Sequence record: NC_070980.1
Strand: one strand, 5' to 3'
DNA: 64,000 nucleotides
Origin: Escherichia phage vB_EcoP_SU7
Shown: piece by piece, positions 20,969-29,915 of the stretch
Layout: the number at the start of each line of letters is the position of its first letter
How positions within the stretch are numbered: position 1 is the stretch's first letter
The notes under the pieces: generated by a model
The model's input: the letters and a program-made list of their open reading frames with translations, nothing else
The model's database searches: none
Told to the model about the DNA's origin: nothing
Made by a program: the position numbers and the translations under genes

Positions 20969-21193
20969 TTAAACTACACAGAATAAATACATTGCTGTTT
21001 CAGGGGAAGGTATGTGGTCACTAGGATATCTAACCCTAATCCACTCATCATCTTCTGCTACATAATAAGCCCAATAAGACCCATTTTCATTAATAAAGAA
21101 CTTGAAGGTACAACCAAAGATTTGGTTATTGTGTTCCCATACTGCATGAAACTGAGTAACACCTTCTGGTATTGTAAGTTCCGCTCTGATCAT
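20969..21193 (-). CDS. hypothetical protein
   Basis: 74-aa ORF in operon context. Confidence 0.4.
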   Translation of the reverse strand: MIRAELTIPEGVTQFHAVWEHNNQIFGCTFKFFINENGSYWAYYVAEDDEWIRVRYPSDHIPSPETAMYLFCVV

Positions 21194-21456
21194 TGTATTC
21201 CTCTCTCCTTTAGAGCTTTAAGCAAACCGTTGTGGTTAGCGGCACAGGTTGTATAAGTGTCCTGATACCACTCGAGTGTTGTTGCAAGTGCTACTCCCTG
21301 TCCACTCTGAAGTAAAGGGAGGTCTACATCACATTCAGCTTTTAGGTTTGTTGGTAAGGGCATTAGCTGCCTGCTGTTGTCGCTCGTTGAACAAGCCATC
21401 AAACTAGAAGCGAGAAAAATCACCAAACAACTCTTTTGCTTTTTCTTTGTAAGCAT
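21190..21456 (-). CDS. lipoprotein, candidate outer-membrane spanin
   Basis: Signal peptide with lipobox LMAC; short mature part with Pro and Cys; lies downstream of the candidate inner-membrane spanin. Confidence 0.4.
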   Translation of the reverse strand: MLTKKKQKSCLVIFLASSLMACSTSDNSRQLMPLPTNLKAECDVDLPLLQSGQGVALATTLEWYQDTYTTCAANHNGLLKALKERGIQ

Positions 21457-21790
21457 TTTCTGCACCCTCTTGAGTGCTGTGATAACCAAGCCAAATTACT
21501 TTGTTTTGATATCCGATGCGAGCACTCCATTTGTTAATATCCGACCTGTACCCTACACCTTTTATTCCAGTTAAAGAGTTCTTTTGAACTATTTTGTTGG
21601 CATTATTAAGGACAGGTGTTGCTCTTCTTAGATTGCTCCAAGAATTATTAGATTTGTCTAAATCTTTATGGTCTATTTGAAAATCAGGAATCTCTCCAGT
21701 TTTGATATACCAAGCAATTCTATGAGCTTTGTACTGTTTATATTGATAGGTAATCACTGTATAGCCATCTGTGGCTTTACAACCTGCCAC
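21404..21790 (-). CDS. HNH homing endonuclease with AP2-like DNA-binding domain
   Basis: IDHKDLDKSNNSWSNLR (HNH) and GIKGVGYRSDINKWSARIGY…GYHSTQEGAENAY (AP2-like). Confidence 0.6.
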   Translation of the reverse strand: MAGCKATDGYTVITYQYKQYKAHRIAWYIKTGEIPDFQIDHKDLDKSNNSWSNLRRATPVLNNANKIVQKNSLTGIKGVGYRSDINKWSARIGYQNKVIWLGYHSTQEGAENAYKEKAKELFGDFSRF

Positions 21791-21885
21791 CTTTCCAGCG
21801 AATCTTGAATTCCACTGAGCGCTCTTATCCTCAGAATGTTTCCAGTAGAGAAGACCAGAAACCTCATCGTAAGATAGATATTTAA

Positions 21886-22227
21886 CTAATTCTTTAATTT
21901 CAGTGCCTCCGCTGCTTGTTGCTGTCGTTCATTGAAAAGTCCTACATACTCATCACTAGCACACACATTGTAAAAAACTGGCTTAGTCTTTTCATAATGC
22001 ATCTCTTTGTAAATAGTTTCCGTGTTCTTCTTCCAGTTAGATAAACCAGTCAGAACTTTCTGAGCCACTTCATCAGCAGCCTTAGCTCTCTCAACCTCAA
22101 TCTCTTGCTGTTTCTTCTCATGGTCAAGAGCATTACTATTACTTCTGTATTGCTCAAACTTGACACCACCAAAGAAAATAATAGCTGTGAAAATAAGAAA
22201 GCCTATATTGTTTTGAAGCTTTTCCAT
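21886..22227 (-). CDS. type II membrane coiled-coil protein, candidate inner-membrane spanin
   Basis: N-terminal TM (IGFLIFTAIIFFGGV) then charged coiled coil; ATG at 22227. Confidence 0.4.
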   Translation of the reverse strand: MEKLQNNIGFLIFTAIIFFGGVKFEQYRSNSNALDHEKKQQEIEVERAKAADEVAQKVLTGLSNWKKNTETIYKEMHYEKTKPVFYNVCASDEYVGLFNERQQQAAEALKLKN

Positions 22228-22240
22228 TTTAACTCCAACG

Positions 22241-22264
22241 AAAAAAGCCACCCGAAGGTGGCTA
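22241..22264 (-). terminator. rho-independent terminator (minus strand)
   Basis: GCCACC-CGAA-GGTGGC stem with U-run on the minus-strand transcript, after the 22287 gene end. Confidence 0.5.
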
Positions 22265-22286
22265 AGCTATTACAAGGAGAGATTCA

Positions 22287-23027
22287 TTAGAAAGGGCTGT
22301 CATCTTCTTCAAAGGTAGACTGCGGCTCTTCGTTAATAGTAGGGATACTTGGAGTAGCATCTTTCTGTTCAATATCAGAAGCTTTAGTAACTTCACGACC
22401 AGCCAGAGGGATGTTCTTAGCATCATTAGCTTGGGTCAGAAGATTACGTTGGAATGGGAAGATTGCTTGATAAGCAGCCAAGTTAGCATCAGTCTCAGCA
22501 TATGGTTCGAAGAAGATCAACTCACTACGAGGGGCACCTACAGAATCACGATATTTGGTAGGGATTGGAGTGATACTCTTAATGGAGTTTTTCTTCTCAC
22601 CAGCTTTGTTTACATAGGAATTAACCAGAATGTTAACAGGCTGACCTAGCAGCATATCTTTAAACCAACCCAAATCACCTTTCAGTGCTTGAACACTTGG
22701 GTCGATCATTTTGATCAGATTCAGAATACCAGAGTTCTTAGCTCGTGGGTTTACGTCGAAAGTTTTAAACTGGCAAGCAGGACGAGGGTCCAGAGGTTTG
22801 CCTTCATTATCAGTCCCTGTTGCATCCACGCCAATCAGTTCAAAAGCCAAGTCCATACGGAAAGCTGGGTTCTTAGGAGTAACTGCTTTAGTCTTAGGGT
22901 CAATCCAAGGGTCACGATTGTGAACACCTAAACCTACAACACGAACAATACGTGCTTCGTACTCACCATCAGGGATTACATCGTAGTTGGATTTACGGGA
23001 TACAGACAGTTCAGGGATCATAGACAT
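22287..23027 (-). CDS. putative single-stranded DNA-binding protein
   Basis: 246 aa ending in an acidic tail …TFEEDDSPF, as in SSB and T7 gp2.5 C-termini; first gene after a 415-bp intergenic region. Confidence 0.35.
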   Translation of the reverse strand: MSMIPELSVSRKSNYDVIPDGEYEARIVRVVGLGVHNRDPWIDPKTKAVTPKNPAFRMDLAFELIGVDATGTDNEGKPLDPRPACQFKTFDVNPRAKNSGILNLIKMIDPSVQALKGDLGWFKDMLLGQPVNILVNSYVNKAGEKKNSIKSITPIPTKYRDSVGAPRSELIFFEPYAETDANLAAYQAIFPFQRNLLTQANDAKNIPLAGREVTKASDIEQKDATPSIPTINEEPQSTFEEDDSPF

Positions 23028-23083
23028 ATTAATATTTCCTTATATAAATTTAAGATTGTTGCTCTCTTTGAGCGGTTTGTATA

Positions 23084-23096
23084 CTATATACATTAC
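23084..23096 (-). promoter_or_regulatory. candidate promoter motif GTAATGTATATAG (minus strand)
   Basis: About 57 nt upstream of the 23027 start; same core as 13310. Confidence 0.35.
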
Positions 23097-23156
23097 ACTT
23101 ATACAGATAAGGTTCTATTATACTATAACCTTTTTGGTAGTAGATAATGACAAGTA

Positions 23157-23171
23157 GTAATGTATATATGG
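23157..23171 (+). promoter_or_regulatory. second copy of the TAATGTATATA motif, opposite orientation
   Basis: GTAATGTATATATGG on the plus strand inside the 23028-23442 intergenic region. Confidence 0.25.
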
Positions 23172-23442
23172 TATAGCTAGTAAAGCTATTGCAGGCTTGT
23201 ATATTGGGCAATCATTGTAACCCTTGCAAGTACCGAAGGGCAGGAGACACCTGCGAGATAAAAATAGAGAATTAAGGAAATCCTTGATTTAGGTTGTAGG
23301 GACTCCTAGGGACTTTGATTCTCTATTTAAAAGAATATTAATTACTTACTACCTAAATAATTAACTAACTTACTTAAACCAAACTCAAGAATAATAGATA
23401 AAAAGATTATTCCTAAGAAAGCTAAAAAGTAAAGGATATAAG

Positions 23443-23607
23443 TTACCATTCAAGTAAACCTTTAAAGTTAGTTTGTTCTACTATCCTCTGATAACGAAGA
23501 TTAGAATCAGCTTGTTTCTTTAACATCTCATTATATTTATCTCTGATAGGGTCTTTATAAACTACAGGTTCTTTAAATAACGAGATCTTGTTCTTTTCTT
23601 CTTTCAT
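23443..23607 (-). CDS. small hypothetical protein
   Basis: ORF 23443-23691 trimmed to an internal ATG to reduce overlap with the phosphatase gene; start uncertain. Confidence 0.35.
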   Translation of the reverse strand: MKEEKNKISLFKEPVVYKDPIRDKYNEMLKKQADSNLRYQRIVEQTNFKGLLEW

Positions 23608-24076
23608 CGAAAACCTTCCTAATCTCTTGCAGAGAAACAGCTTTATAATTAATTTGCTCCATTGATGTACAGAAATATCTCCAATCATCAATTACATGAT
23701 TATGGGTATGAGCATAAATATTAAACTTCCCTCTCATTTCATCAGTGTGAATAGGAATATGAGTTACCCAAAACTCTTTATATTTATAATCACCAGAGAT
23801 TCTACGGAAGACTTTCATCATATCAGGGAGAAGTTCTAACCTGTCATGGTTTCCTAAGACTAGATGCTTCTCTCCTTTTACTTCAGCGATGATATCAAGG
23901 GCATACTTTTCAAACACCCAATCACCGGTAAAGAAAGTTTTATCACGTTTAGTAACATGGTCAAACGCTGCTAAGATAGCTTTGTCGTGTTCTTCAATAC
24001 TACTAAACCTCTTCCTAAAGCTACAGATGTTACGATGGCCTAGGTGACCATCACCTGCAAAATAAACTTCAGCCAT
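23573..24076 (-). CDS. calcineurin-like metallophosphoesterase (Ser/Thr phosphatase-like)
   Basis: GDGHLGH…GDWV…GNHD…HTHNH metallophosphatase motifs. Confidence 0.7.
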   Translation of the reverse strand: MAEVYFAGDGHLGHRNICSFRKRFSSIEEHDKAILAAFDHVTKRDKTFFTGDWVFEKYALDIIAEVKGEKHLVLGNHDRLELLPDMMKVFRRISGDYKYKEFWVTHIPIHTDEMRGKFNIYAHTHNHVIDDWRYFCTSMEQINYKAVSLQEIRKVFDERRKEQDLVI

Positions 24077-24219
24077 TCTCGTATGTGTCCTCATAATATG
24101 AGTAGTTGAAGGATTCAGCTTTCGTTTCAGCCTCCTCCATATCGTCTGTTTCCAGAATCACTCTCCAGCCAGAACCGTTAGGATATTCAGCTCCCTCATC
24201 TAGCCAGACTTTGTATCGT

Positions 24220-24423
24220 TTAGATTGTGCAACCATCGCAGATGTAATCTCCGCTTAGAGACTCTTGCAAGAGCCGGGATTGTTCATCTGATACCAACTT
24301 GTCAACCTCTTCTTTCAGAGCCATAAGATCAACAAAGGTTAGTAGCTCGTGTCGGTCAGCAATCACTTGGTATTTGTAGTCATTAATATGTGGTGCGCTT
24401 TGTACGACGTAAATATTAGACAT
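24220..24423 (-). CDS. small hypothetical protein
   Basis: 67-aa ORF, stop-start coupled. Confidence 0.4.
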   Translation of the reverse strand: MSNIYVVQSAPHINDYKYQVIADRHELLTFVDLMALKEEVDKLVSDEQSRLLQESLSGDYICDGCTI

Positions 24424-24647
24424 TATAAGATCTCCCTTTGTTTAGCGTTAATGACTGACATTGCTGTGATTGGGTTGTTTGTTCCAAGATATTCCAGAAC
24501 AGGGACACCCTTAGTCGGTTTATCAGCCTCTGTGTAATTCTTAACCTTGCCACCAAGAACCGCTAGAGAAGCCTGAGCTTCCGCTTCATCATAGTGAATT
24601 CGGTCAACTGTTTTCTTTCCAATCCTATAAGTGTGAACGTAAATCAT
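24423..24647 (-). CDS. small hypothetical protein
   Basis: 74-aa ORF, coupled to neighbours. Confidence 0.4.
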   Translation of the reverse strand: MIYVHTYRIGKKTVDRIHYDEAEAQASLAVLGGKVKNYTEADKPTKGVPVLEYLGTNNPITAMSVINAKQREIL

Positions 24648-24850
24648 TTAACTTCCTCAATATCAACTAATTCAAAACTTCCTATTTCTTCAAGCTTAAT
24701 AATCTCTTTAACCTTCTCAACAGCTTTAATAGGGTTTTCTTCTTCTACAACTTTACACCCTGATACTTCAAGACTGCCTGTTCCACGAAGGTATAAATTC
24801 AACTTATAAACTACTTTGTAGTATTTCATCGTGCTCCCAATTTCTTTCAT
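24644..24850 (-). CDS. small hypothetical protein
   Basis: 68-aa ORF. Confidence 0.4.
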   Translation of the reverse strand: MKEIGSTMKYYKVVYKLNLYLRGTGSLEVSGCKVVEEENPIKAVEKVKEIIKLEEIGSFELVDIEEVK

Positions 24851-25019
24851 AATATCCAGAGTTGTAGTTTAGGGCGCATTTCTCGGCCTCTTCTATGTCG
24901 TCTGTGTTTAGGATATTAACCCAACCACCAACTTCATCAAAACCCTCTTCTACCTCATTGAACCACACGCTGTATTTCTTCATCTTGATAAGACCCTTCC
25001 CCAATCCTTGATGTAACAT
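24804..25019 (-). CDS. small acidic hypothetical protein
   Basis: 71-aa ORF. Confidence 0.35.
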   Translation of the reverse strand: MLHQGLGKGLIKMKKYSVWFNEVEEGFDEVGGWVNILNTDDIEEAEKCALNYNSGYYERNWEHDEILQSSL

Positions 25020-25155
25020 CGACCATCAACCCACTTGGTCTCTGATTTAAACTCTTGAGAGATTCTTGTTTCACAGTCTTCTTTACTGTAATCACCAAGA
25101 GCATCCATCACCCAAAGAAACAGAGCAATTACAATAGACCAGATTAGAAACTTCT

Positions 25156-25548
25156 TCATCGTATCACCAGAGGCTCTTCAGAGTACACAGGAGAGGTTAT
25201 TTCTACCGGAGGTGCTGCTCTAAGGTCATTAAGCCTTACGCCCTTCAGCATACCATCTAGGTGGTCCATTTTAGGGATACCTACAGGGAAGTCATCAATC
25301 CAAACATCCACAAAGAAACCCAAGCTCTGAGTGACGGAATCCTTCTGAACACCATTGCAAAAGATAACAGGAATATCTAGACTTGCTGCATCTGCTAGAA
25401 GCTCCTCATTTGAATACCCATTAGGTTGAGCAAAACGATAGGTGACAATACGTACATCATGTCCACGAGATTTCATAAGACCTACAATGTGGGTCCACAT
25501 CTCTTTGTCCACTGTAAAAGTGTCATCATAATCTAAACCAATATTCAT
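25156..25548 (-). CDS. HAD-superfamily phosphatase-like protein
   Basis: N-terminal IGLDYDDTFT resembles HAD motif I (DxDxT). Confidence 0.4.
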   Translation of the reverse strand: MNIGLDYDDTFTVDKEMWTHIVGLMKSRGHDVRIVTYRFAQPNGYSNEELLADAASLDIPVIFCNGVQKDSVTQSLGFFVDVWIDDFPVGIPKMDHLDGMLKGVRLNDLRAAPPVEITSPVYSEEPLVIR

Positions 25549-25565
25549 ATTAGCCTCTTAGACAA

Positions 25566-25590
25566 GAAAAGCCACCCGAAGGTAGCTTAT
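25566..25590 (-). terminator. rho-independent terminator (minus strand)
   Basis: Hairpin plus U-run on the minus transcript right after the 25587 gene end. Confidence 0.45.
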
Positions 25591-25832
25591 TTATTCTGTG
25601 TTTCCAGTTCGCTGATACGAACTTTCAAACCGTTAATCTCAGCCTGAGCAGCTTCTAGTTTAATTAGAGCTTCTTCAGCGTCAGCTTCTGTTTGAAGAAC
25701 CGCAGTGGTTAGTTCGTATAAAGCTTGGCGGAGAGAATCTTTTCCCATAGCATGAATCTGTGCAACAAAGAATTGCTTACCTTCCGTGGTTTCCAAAGTC
25801 TCTTTTAATTCTTTAGATGTTAAAGTCATCAT
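25587..25832 (-). CDS. small coiled-coil protein
   Basis: 81 aa, heptad-like (…LEAAQAEINGLKVRISELETQNK). Confidence 0.45.
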   Translation of the reverse strand: MMTLTSKELKETLETTEGKQFFVAQIHAMGKDSLRQALYELTTAVLQTEADAEEALIKLEAAQAEINGLKVRISELETQNK

Positions 25833-26212
25833 TACTCCCTTTCATAAATTTTAAGAACTGTACCGCCATCTGCTTCAATCTGAGCAACTACTTCATCGCG
25901 CTCTTCATCAGAATAAACCAGTTGGTTGTGAAATTTGCCTGTACTATCTTGGAAATACACATTCCATTTTGGAGCAGGTTTACGAATCAAATCCATCATT
26001 GATCTCTCTCCTCTCGTTCAACCCATGTATGGAAAAGCTCCCCATACACTTTGGCATCATCAAAACGTCCTTCTTCCTGTGCGAGTTTTTGTTGCTTCAA
26101 GCACCATTCAGAACTTTTTACTTCTTCCACTTCCTTGTCTCCTTAAAAAAGAACTAATCAATAAGACTAGTTCATTTCATAATACGATTCAGCTCTTCCA
26201 CTGAACTAATCA

Positions 26213-26524
26213 CTACTTCTCCACCACAAAGAGGTTAACTTCAATGAAAGTTTCGTATTGTGTTGACTCCTGCTTACGGGTGTAGTAGAAATGACGACCT
26301 TCTAATGCACCTCCGTACTGAGTGGCACATCTTTTAACCATCTCTTTTATCACATCTACAACTGATTCGCCTTTCCACGGACGTAACCCCTGAGTTGGGA
26401 CTTTTGCTGTACAGGTTACTTGTGTGTAACCTACATCTTGTAGAGATATCTCAAGAATCAGCTTTGCCCAAGCATCAAAATTAAGCTTGGGGTTATATTT
26501 AACTTCAGTTTTGATATCAATCAT
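26213..26524 (-). CDS. hypothetical protein
   Basis: ATG overlaps the polymerase stop (TAATGA). Confidence 0.5.
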   Translation of the reverse strand: MIDIKTEVKYNPKLNFDAWAKLILEISLQDVGYTQVTCTAKVPTQGLRPWKGESVVDVIKEMVKRCATQYGGALEGRHFYYTRKQESTQYETFIEVNLFVVEK

Positions 26525-26676
26525 TAGTGAGTATGATTCCAGTTTAATCCAATCTTACAATCTGATGCAAGAGGACATTCCATCTTGAGGTATTCCCCTG
26601 CTTTACGAACACATTCTTCAGTGAGGGTACGAAGTTTGTTAACATCATCACGATGTACAGTGAACTGACCTTCATC
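26524..26676 (-). CDS. DNA polymerase (family A), exon 2 (C-terminal 50 codons)
   Basis: Encodes DEGQFTVHRDD…KIGLNWNHTH, matching the extreme C-terminus of T7-type Pol A (HDE…G.NW..H). Confidence 0.7.
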   Translation of the reverse strand, partial: DEGQFTVHRDDVNKLRTLTEECVRKAGEYLKMECPLASDCKIGLNWNHTH

Positions 26677-27283
26677 CATTCAGTTATTCCCAAATTACTT
26701 CGGGTGTCGGACTATATCATAACAGCATAGCTAATTTGCTGTTGTTGGCGCTTCGAGGGTTTCCCTGTTAACCCCCTACTCCCTTAGGATAGTCTCTACA
26801 CTTTCCACTTCCGAATCCATCTACAACCGATTCCGAAGCTCACACCAAACTTCTCTGCAAGATGTACACCAGAGCATTCTGTTTCTAGCCAATAAAGCCT
26901 TGCAGCTTCTTGTCTATCTCCATTTCTTCCAGTGTTTGATTCTATTGCATGTTCTGAACCTTCAAGCATTTCTAAGTGCTCAAGATTGGAACAAGCCCTA
27001 TTCTTGCATTTGTGATTTATTTCATAACCATCAGGAATAGAACCAAAAGATTCTTCCCAAACATATCTATGATACATGACCCATTTGCCATCTATTACTT
27101 TTCTGAAATAACCATCTTTGTTAAGTTTGTGTGAGATAGGGATGATACACCCTGTTTCGGTTGTTTCCAAAACAAGAGTTTTCTTAGCCATATCATCTCC
27201 TAATAGCTTAGCTCGGTATTGCCCCCAACTTAATGGTAGGGTTTCACCGAGTTCACCAACTTTTACATGCACAATGAAAGTTT
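26677..27283 (-). mobile_element. group I self-splicing intron with HNH homing endonuclease ORF, inserted in DNA polymerase motif C
   Basis: P1: exon end CAUGCAU pairs with intron GUGCAUG (U.G at splice site); R-like AGAGACUA (26790-26797) and S-like GAUAUAGUCC (26709-26718) form P7; P9 hairpin with GUAA loop; terminal G at 26677; splicing restores …VIDMH|DEGQ…. Confidence 0.7.
26796..27191 (-). CDS. intron-encoded HNH endonuclease
   Basis: YEINHKCKNRACSNLEHLE HNH motif; ATG at 27191 preceded by AGGAG (track start 27272 is GTG inside P1). Confidence 0.65.
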   Translation of the reverse strand: MAKKTLVLETTETGCIIPISHKLNKDGYFRKVIDGKWVMYHRYVWEESFGSIPDGYEINHKCKNRACSNLEHLEMLEGSEHAIESNTGRNGDRQEAARLYWLETECSGVHLAEKFGVSFGIGCRWIRKWKV

Positions 27284-28978
27284 ATGCATGTCAATAACCT
27301 TCGCACAACGAACACCATCCCGCTCAATCCATTTATTGAGGAATAGCATTGCATACTTCATAACAATCGCCCCAGCGCTCTGTAAGAGTGTATTTAAGGC
27401 TTTATGGACCATAACCTTTCCAGTTGCATCTCTTCTCATTGTAATACGACGTCCATCCACACCGTAGATATATCCACTTTGCGCTTTCTCTGTCATACGT
27501 TCAATAAGGATTGCAATACAAGGGTTCTCTGCTAAGAATCTTGCTCTCATGATAGCCCCTTCGTCAGAGCCACCACCTACAATACTTCCTAACTTAGCGT
27601 CACCTGCCCCATAGTTAAAGGCATAGATAAACGTTTTAGCATTATCACGAGTAGGAAGGCCAGCAAGTTTTTGGTTATGTGAGTGAATATCTCCTTCTAA
27701 AAGAATATCTCTATACATAACAGCAGAAGCTAGACCACGTTCAGCTTCTCGTTTCTTAGCCGGGTTGTTTTCTCGCTCTGCTTCAGCGAGCATCTCACGA
27801 CATTCTTTAATAAGGTAGTGAGCTAGCATCCTCAGCTCAAGACCAGAGCCATCGTAACCTAAGAAGATTTCACGACCAGCAGGAACATAGAACTTATAGG
27901 CACCTACAGGTTTGTCTTTCTTGCCCGGTTTTCCCACTTCGTAGATAATGTTAGTACCCTTTCGTACGTAACACCCATCAGGGATATGGTTGGTAATGAT
28001 GAAAGGATGGTTATGACTATCGTCTGAGGAATAGTCAGATTGAAAAAGACTGCGGCACTCGTGACCAAACAAACCGCGAGAAGGAATATTAACAACAATG
28101 CGATGTTTAAAACGAAATGTCGGAGTAGCGCAGCTATTAGCTTCGGCGGACAACTTACCATCTTTACGTTCCTTGTCGATAAGCCCGCTAATCAAACCTA
28201 GCCTGTGAGCCGCTACAACGCGTCTCTTAAGCAAACTTCCTACACCCCCTAGCTCACCCCCAAGCCCCTCTTCAAGAGTCTCCTCAAGGTTTGTAGGGGC
28301 TGTGGGCCACTTGTTTGATGTAGCCAAAGCTTTTTTGATTTCATCAAAGGTTACAGGTTTCTTCCTATTCGGATTAAGACCTAAACCACTGACGTAGGCT
28401 TTCATGTAGTTGACAGTGTGATAACGGAAATGTTTATCCAAAAATCTTCGGATATCAGCATCTATCATCTCCGCTGTCTGTTTCTCTTTAGCATTACCTC
28501 GAATCCAAGCAGAATACCATGCAGAGTATGTACCATACTTCTTCATAGCTCTACGGATTTCAAATGTATTCCAAGGTTTCTTAGAATAATTCCACTCTGG
28601 AGGTATGAAGCCTTCGTCCATCAAGGCTTCTTTGATACGTGCATCTTTCGATGGGTCGAAGTCTACATACTCAACGCAAGTAAACGCCCCACCGATATCT
28701 TCTCTTTTAAGACCAACTCTGTCACAATAGAGCTGAGGCCACTTCTGTAAAGCACCTGACTTCTTAAAAGGTTTCGAATAAGTTGAACCATCCACCCGCA
28801 TTTTGGGGAGGAGAGGAATCAGTTCTTTATCAATATTGACAATAATCTCTTTGAGAAGGTGAACAAACCACCGAGCGTTTCTTCTGTTGAAGTTGACTCC
28901 ATGCTTCGCTTGTTTTGAGATTATATCAGCGACTGTCATCTCCGTTATGAAAGGTAACTTATCAGGGTTATCCATCAC
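27284..28978 (-). CDS. DNA polymerase (family A, T7-like), exon 1, polymerase domain
   Basis: Motif A GYDGSGLELRMLAH; motif B RDNAKTFIYAFNYGAGDAKLG; …LNTLLQSAGA…; ORF stops six codons past the splice point. Confidence 0.85.
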
Positions 28979-28991
28979 CCACTCCTTATAG

Positions 28992-29345
28992 TTATTGGTA
29001 TATTAAGTCTGTGAATGCTTGGTTGTCTTCAACAATATCTAAAGCTTCATATGAATCAGCCAATTCATCCACATAAAAGACTGCTGGAATATCTTCTGCT
29101 CGCTGTCTACGAGATTCCCTTTGTTCATTGATATTTCTTTGAACCTGTGCAAGTTTCATACCCCACACCTGCTCATACAACTCTGGATATTTGTCACTAA
29201 CCACTACATAATTTCGAGCTGGTTGGTTTCTATTAATCTTCGCTGTCAACTCAATAAACTGGCGAAACTCTTGAATAGAGAGGTTGTCATGAATATTATC
29301 CCATTTGAGAACGCAGTGACGTTCTAGGCGTTGAGGTACTGGCAT
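28992..29345 (-). CDS. hypothetical protein
   Basis: 117-aa ORF immediately upstream of the polymerase. Confidence 0.5.
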   Translation of the reverse strand: MPVPQRLERHCVLKWDNIHDNLSIQEFRQFIELTAKINRNQPARNYVVVSDKYPELYEQVWGMKLAQVQRNINEQRESRRQRAEDIPAVFYVDELADSYEALDIVEDNQAFTDLIYQ

Positions 29346-29348
29346 AAC

Positions 29349-29618
29349 TTACTCCACTGTCGGGAATGGTTTTAGGTTGTTCATGGCTGTACGAACATCA
29401 GCACAGATTTCAGGATCACGATAAGAGAGGAATTTACCATCCTTACCACGAATCATTACATTAGTCCGTGCTGTTTTATTAGGCAATAAAGAAATCCCTC
29501 CAATAAGATGGTTGGTAGGGTGTTGTCCTTGATTAACCTTGTAGTCATGAGTCTGAGCGTCACCATTAAAGAGATGATCACGAATTTGGATTAAGCTAAT
29601 CTTCATATTATGCACCAA
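29349..29618 (-). CDS. small hypothetical protein (tandem paralog 1)
   Basis: Shares TARTNVMIRGKDGKFLSYRD…NLKPFP with the next ORF. Confidence 0.5.
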   Translation of the reverse strand: MVHNMKISLIQIRDHLFNGDAQTHDYKVNQGQHPTNHLIGGISLLPNKTARTNVMIRGKDGKFLSYRDPEICADVRTAMNNLKPFPTVE

Positions 29619-29895
29619 AATTAGGGAAAGGTTTCAGATTTTCAATAGACTTAGCAATACGCTTAGGAACAGCCTTATCACGGAAGGAGATGAACTTTCC
29701 ATCAGGACCACGAAGGGCTACATTAGTACGAGCTGTTGTTTTGTTAAACTGAATCATCTCAACAGAGCTTGTAACATTTTCTACAGGAAAAGTATAGCTC
29801 TCAGTTGTGTTCAGAGAAGGGAGGAAATCAGTTACAGTGATGTAAGTTACTTTAGACATATTTATTACCTTAGGTTCTATAAAAGAAAAGGCCAC
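29608..29895 (-). CDS. small hypothetical protein (tandem paralog 2)
   Basis: TARTNVALRGPDGKFISFRD…NLKPFP. Confidence 0.5.
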   Translation of the reverse strand: MAFSFIEPKVINMSKVTYITVTDFLPSLNTTESYTFPVENVTSSVEMIQFNKTTARTNVALRGPDGKFISFRDKAVPKRIAKSIENLKPFPNFGA

Positions 29896-29909
29896 CCGAA
29901 ATGGGTAGC
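29881..29909 (-). terminator. rho-independent terminator (minus strand)
   Basis: GGCCACCC…GGGTAGCC hairpin followed by U-run on the minus transcript. Confidence 0.45.
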
Positions 29910-29915
29910 CTTATA

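Noticed and set aside
27263-28978. DNA polymerase as a truncated pseudogene
   Set aside because: The missing C-terminus, including HDE, is encoded in frame 600 nt downstream and is joined by a well-formed group I intron; the gene is interrupted, not decayed.
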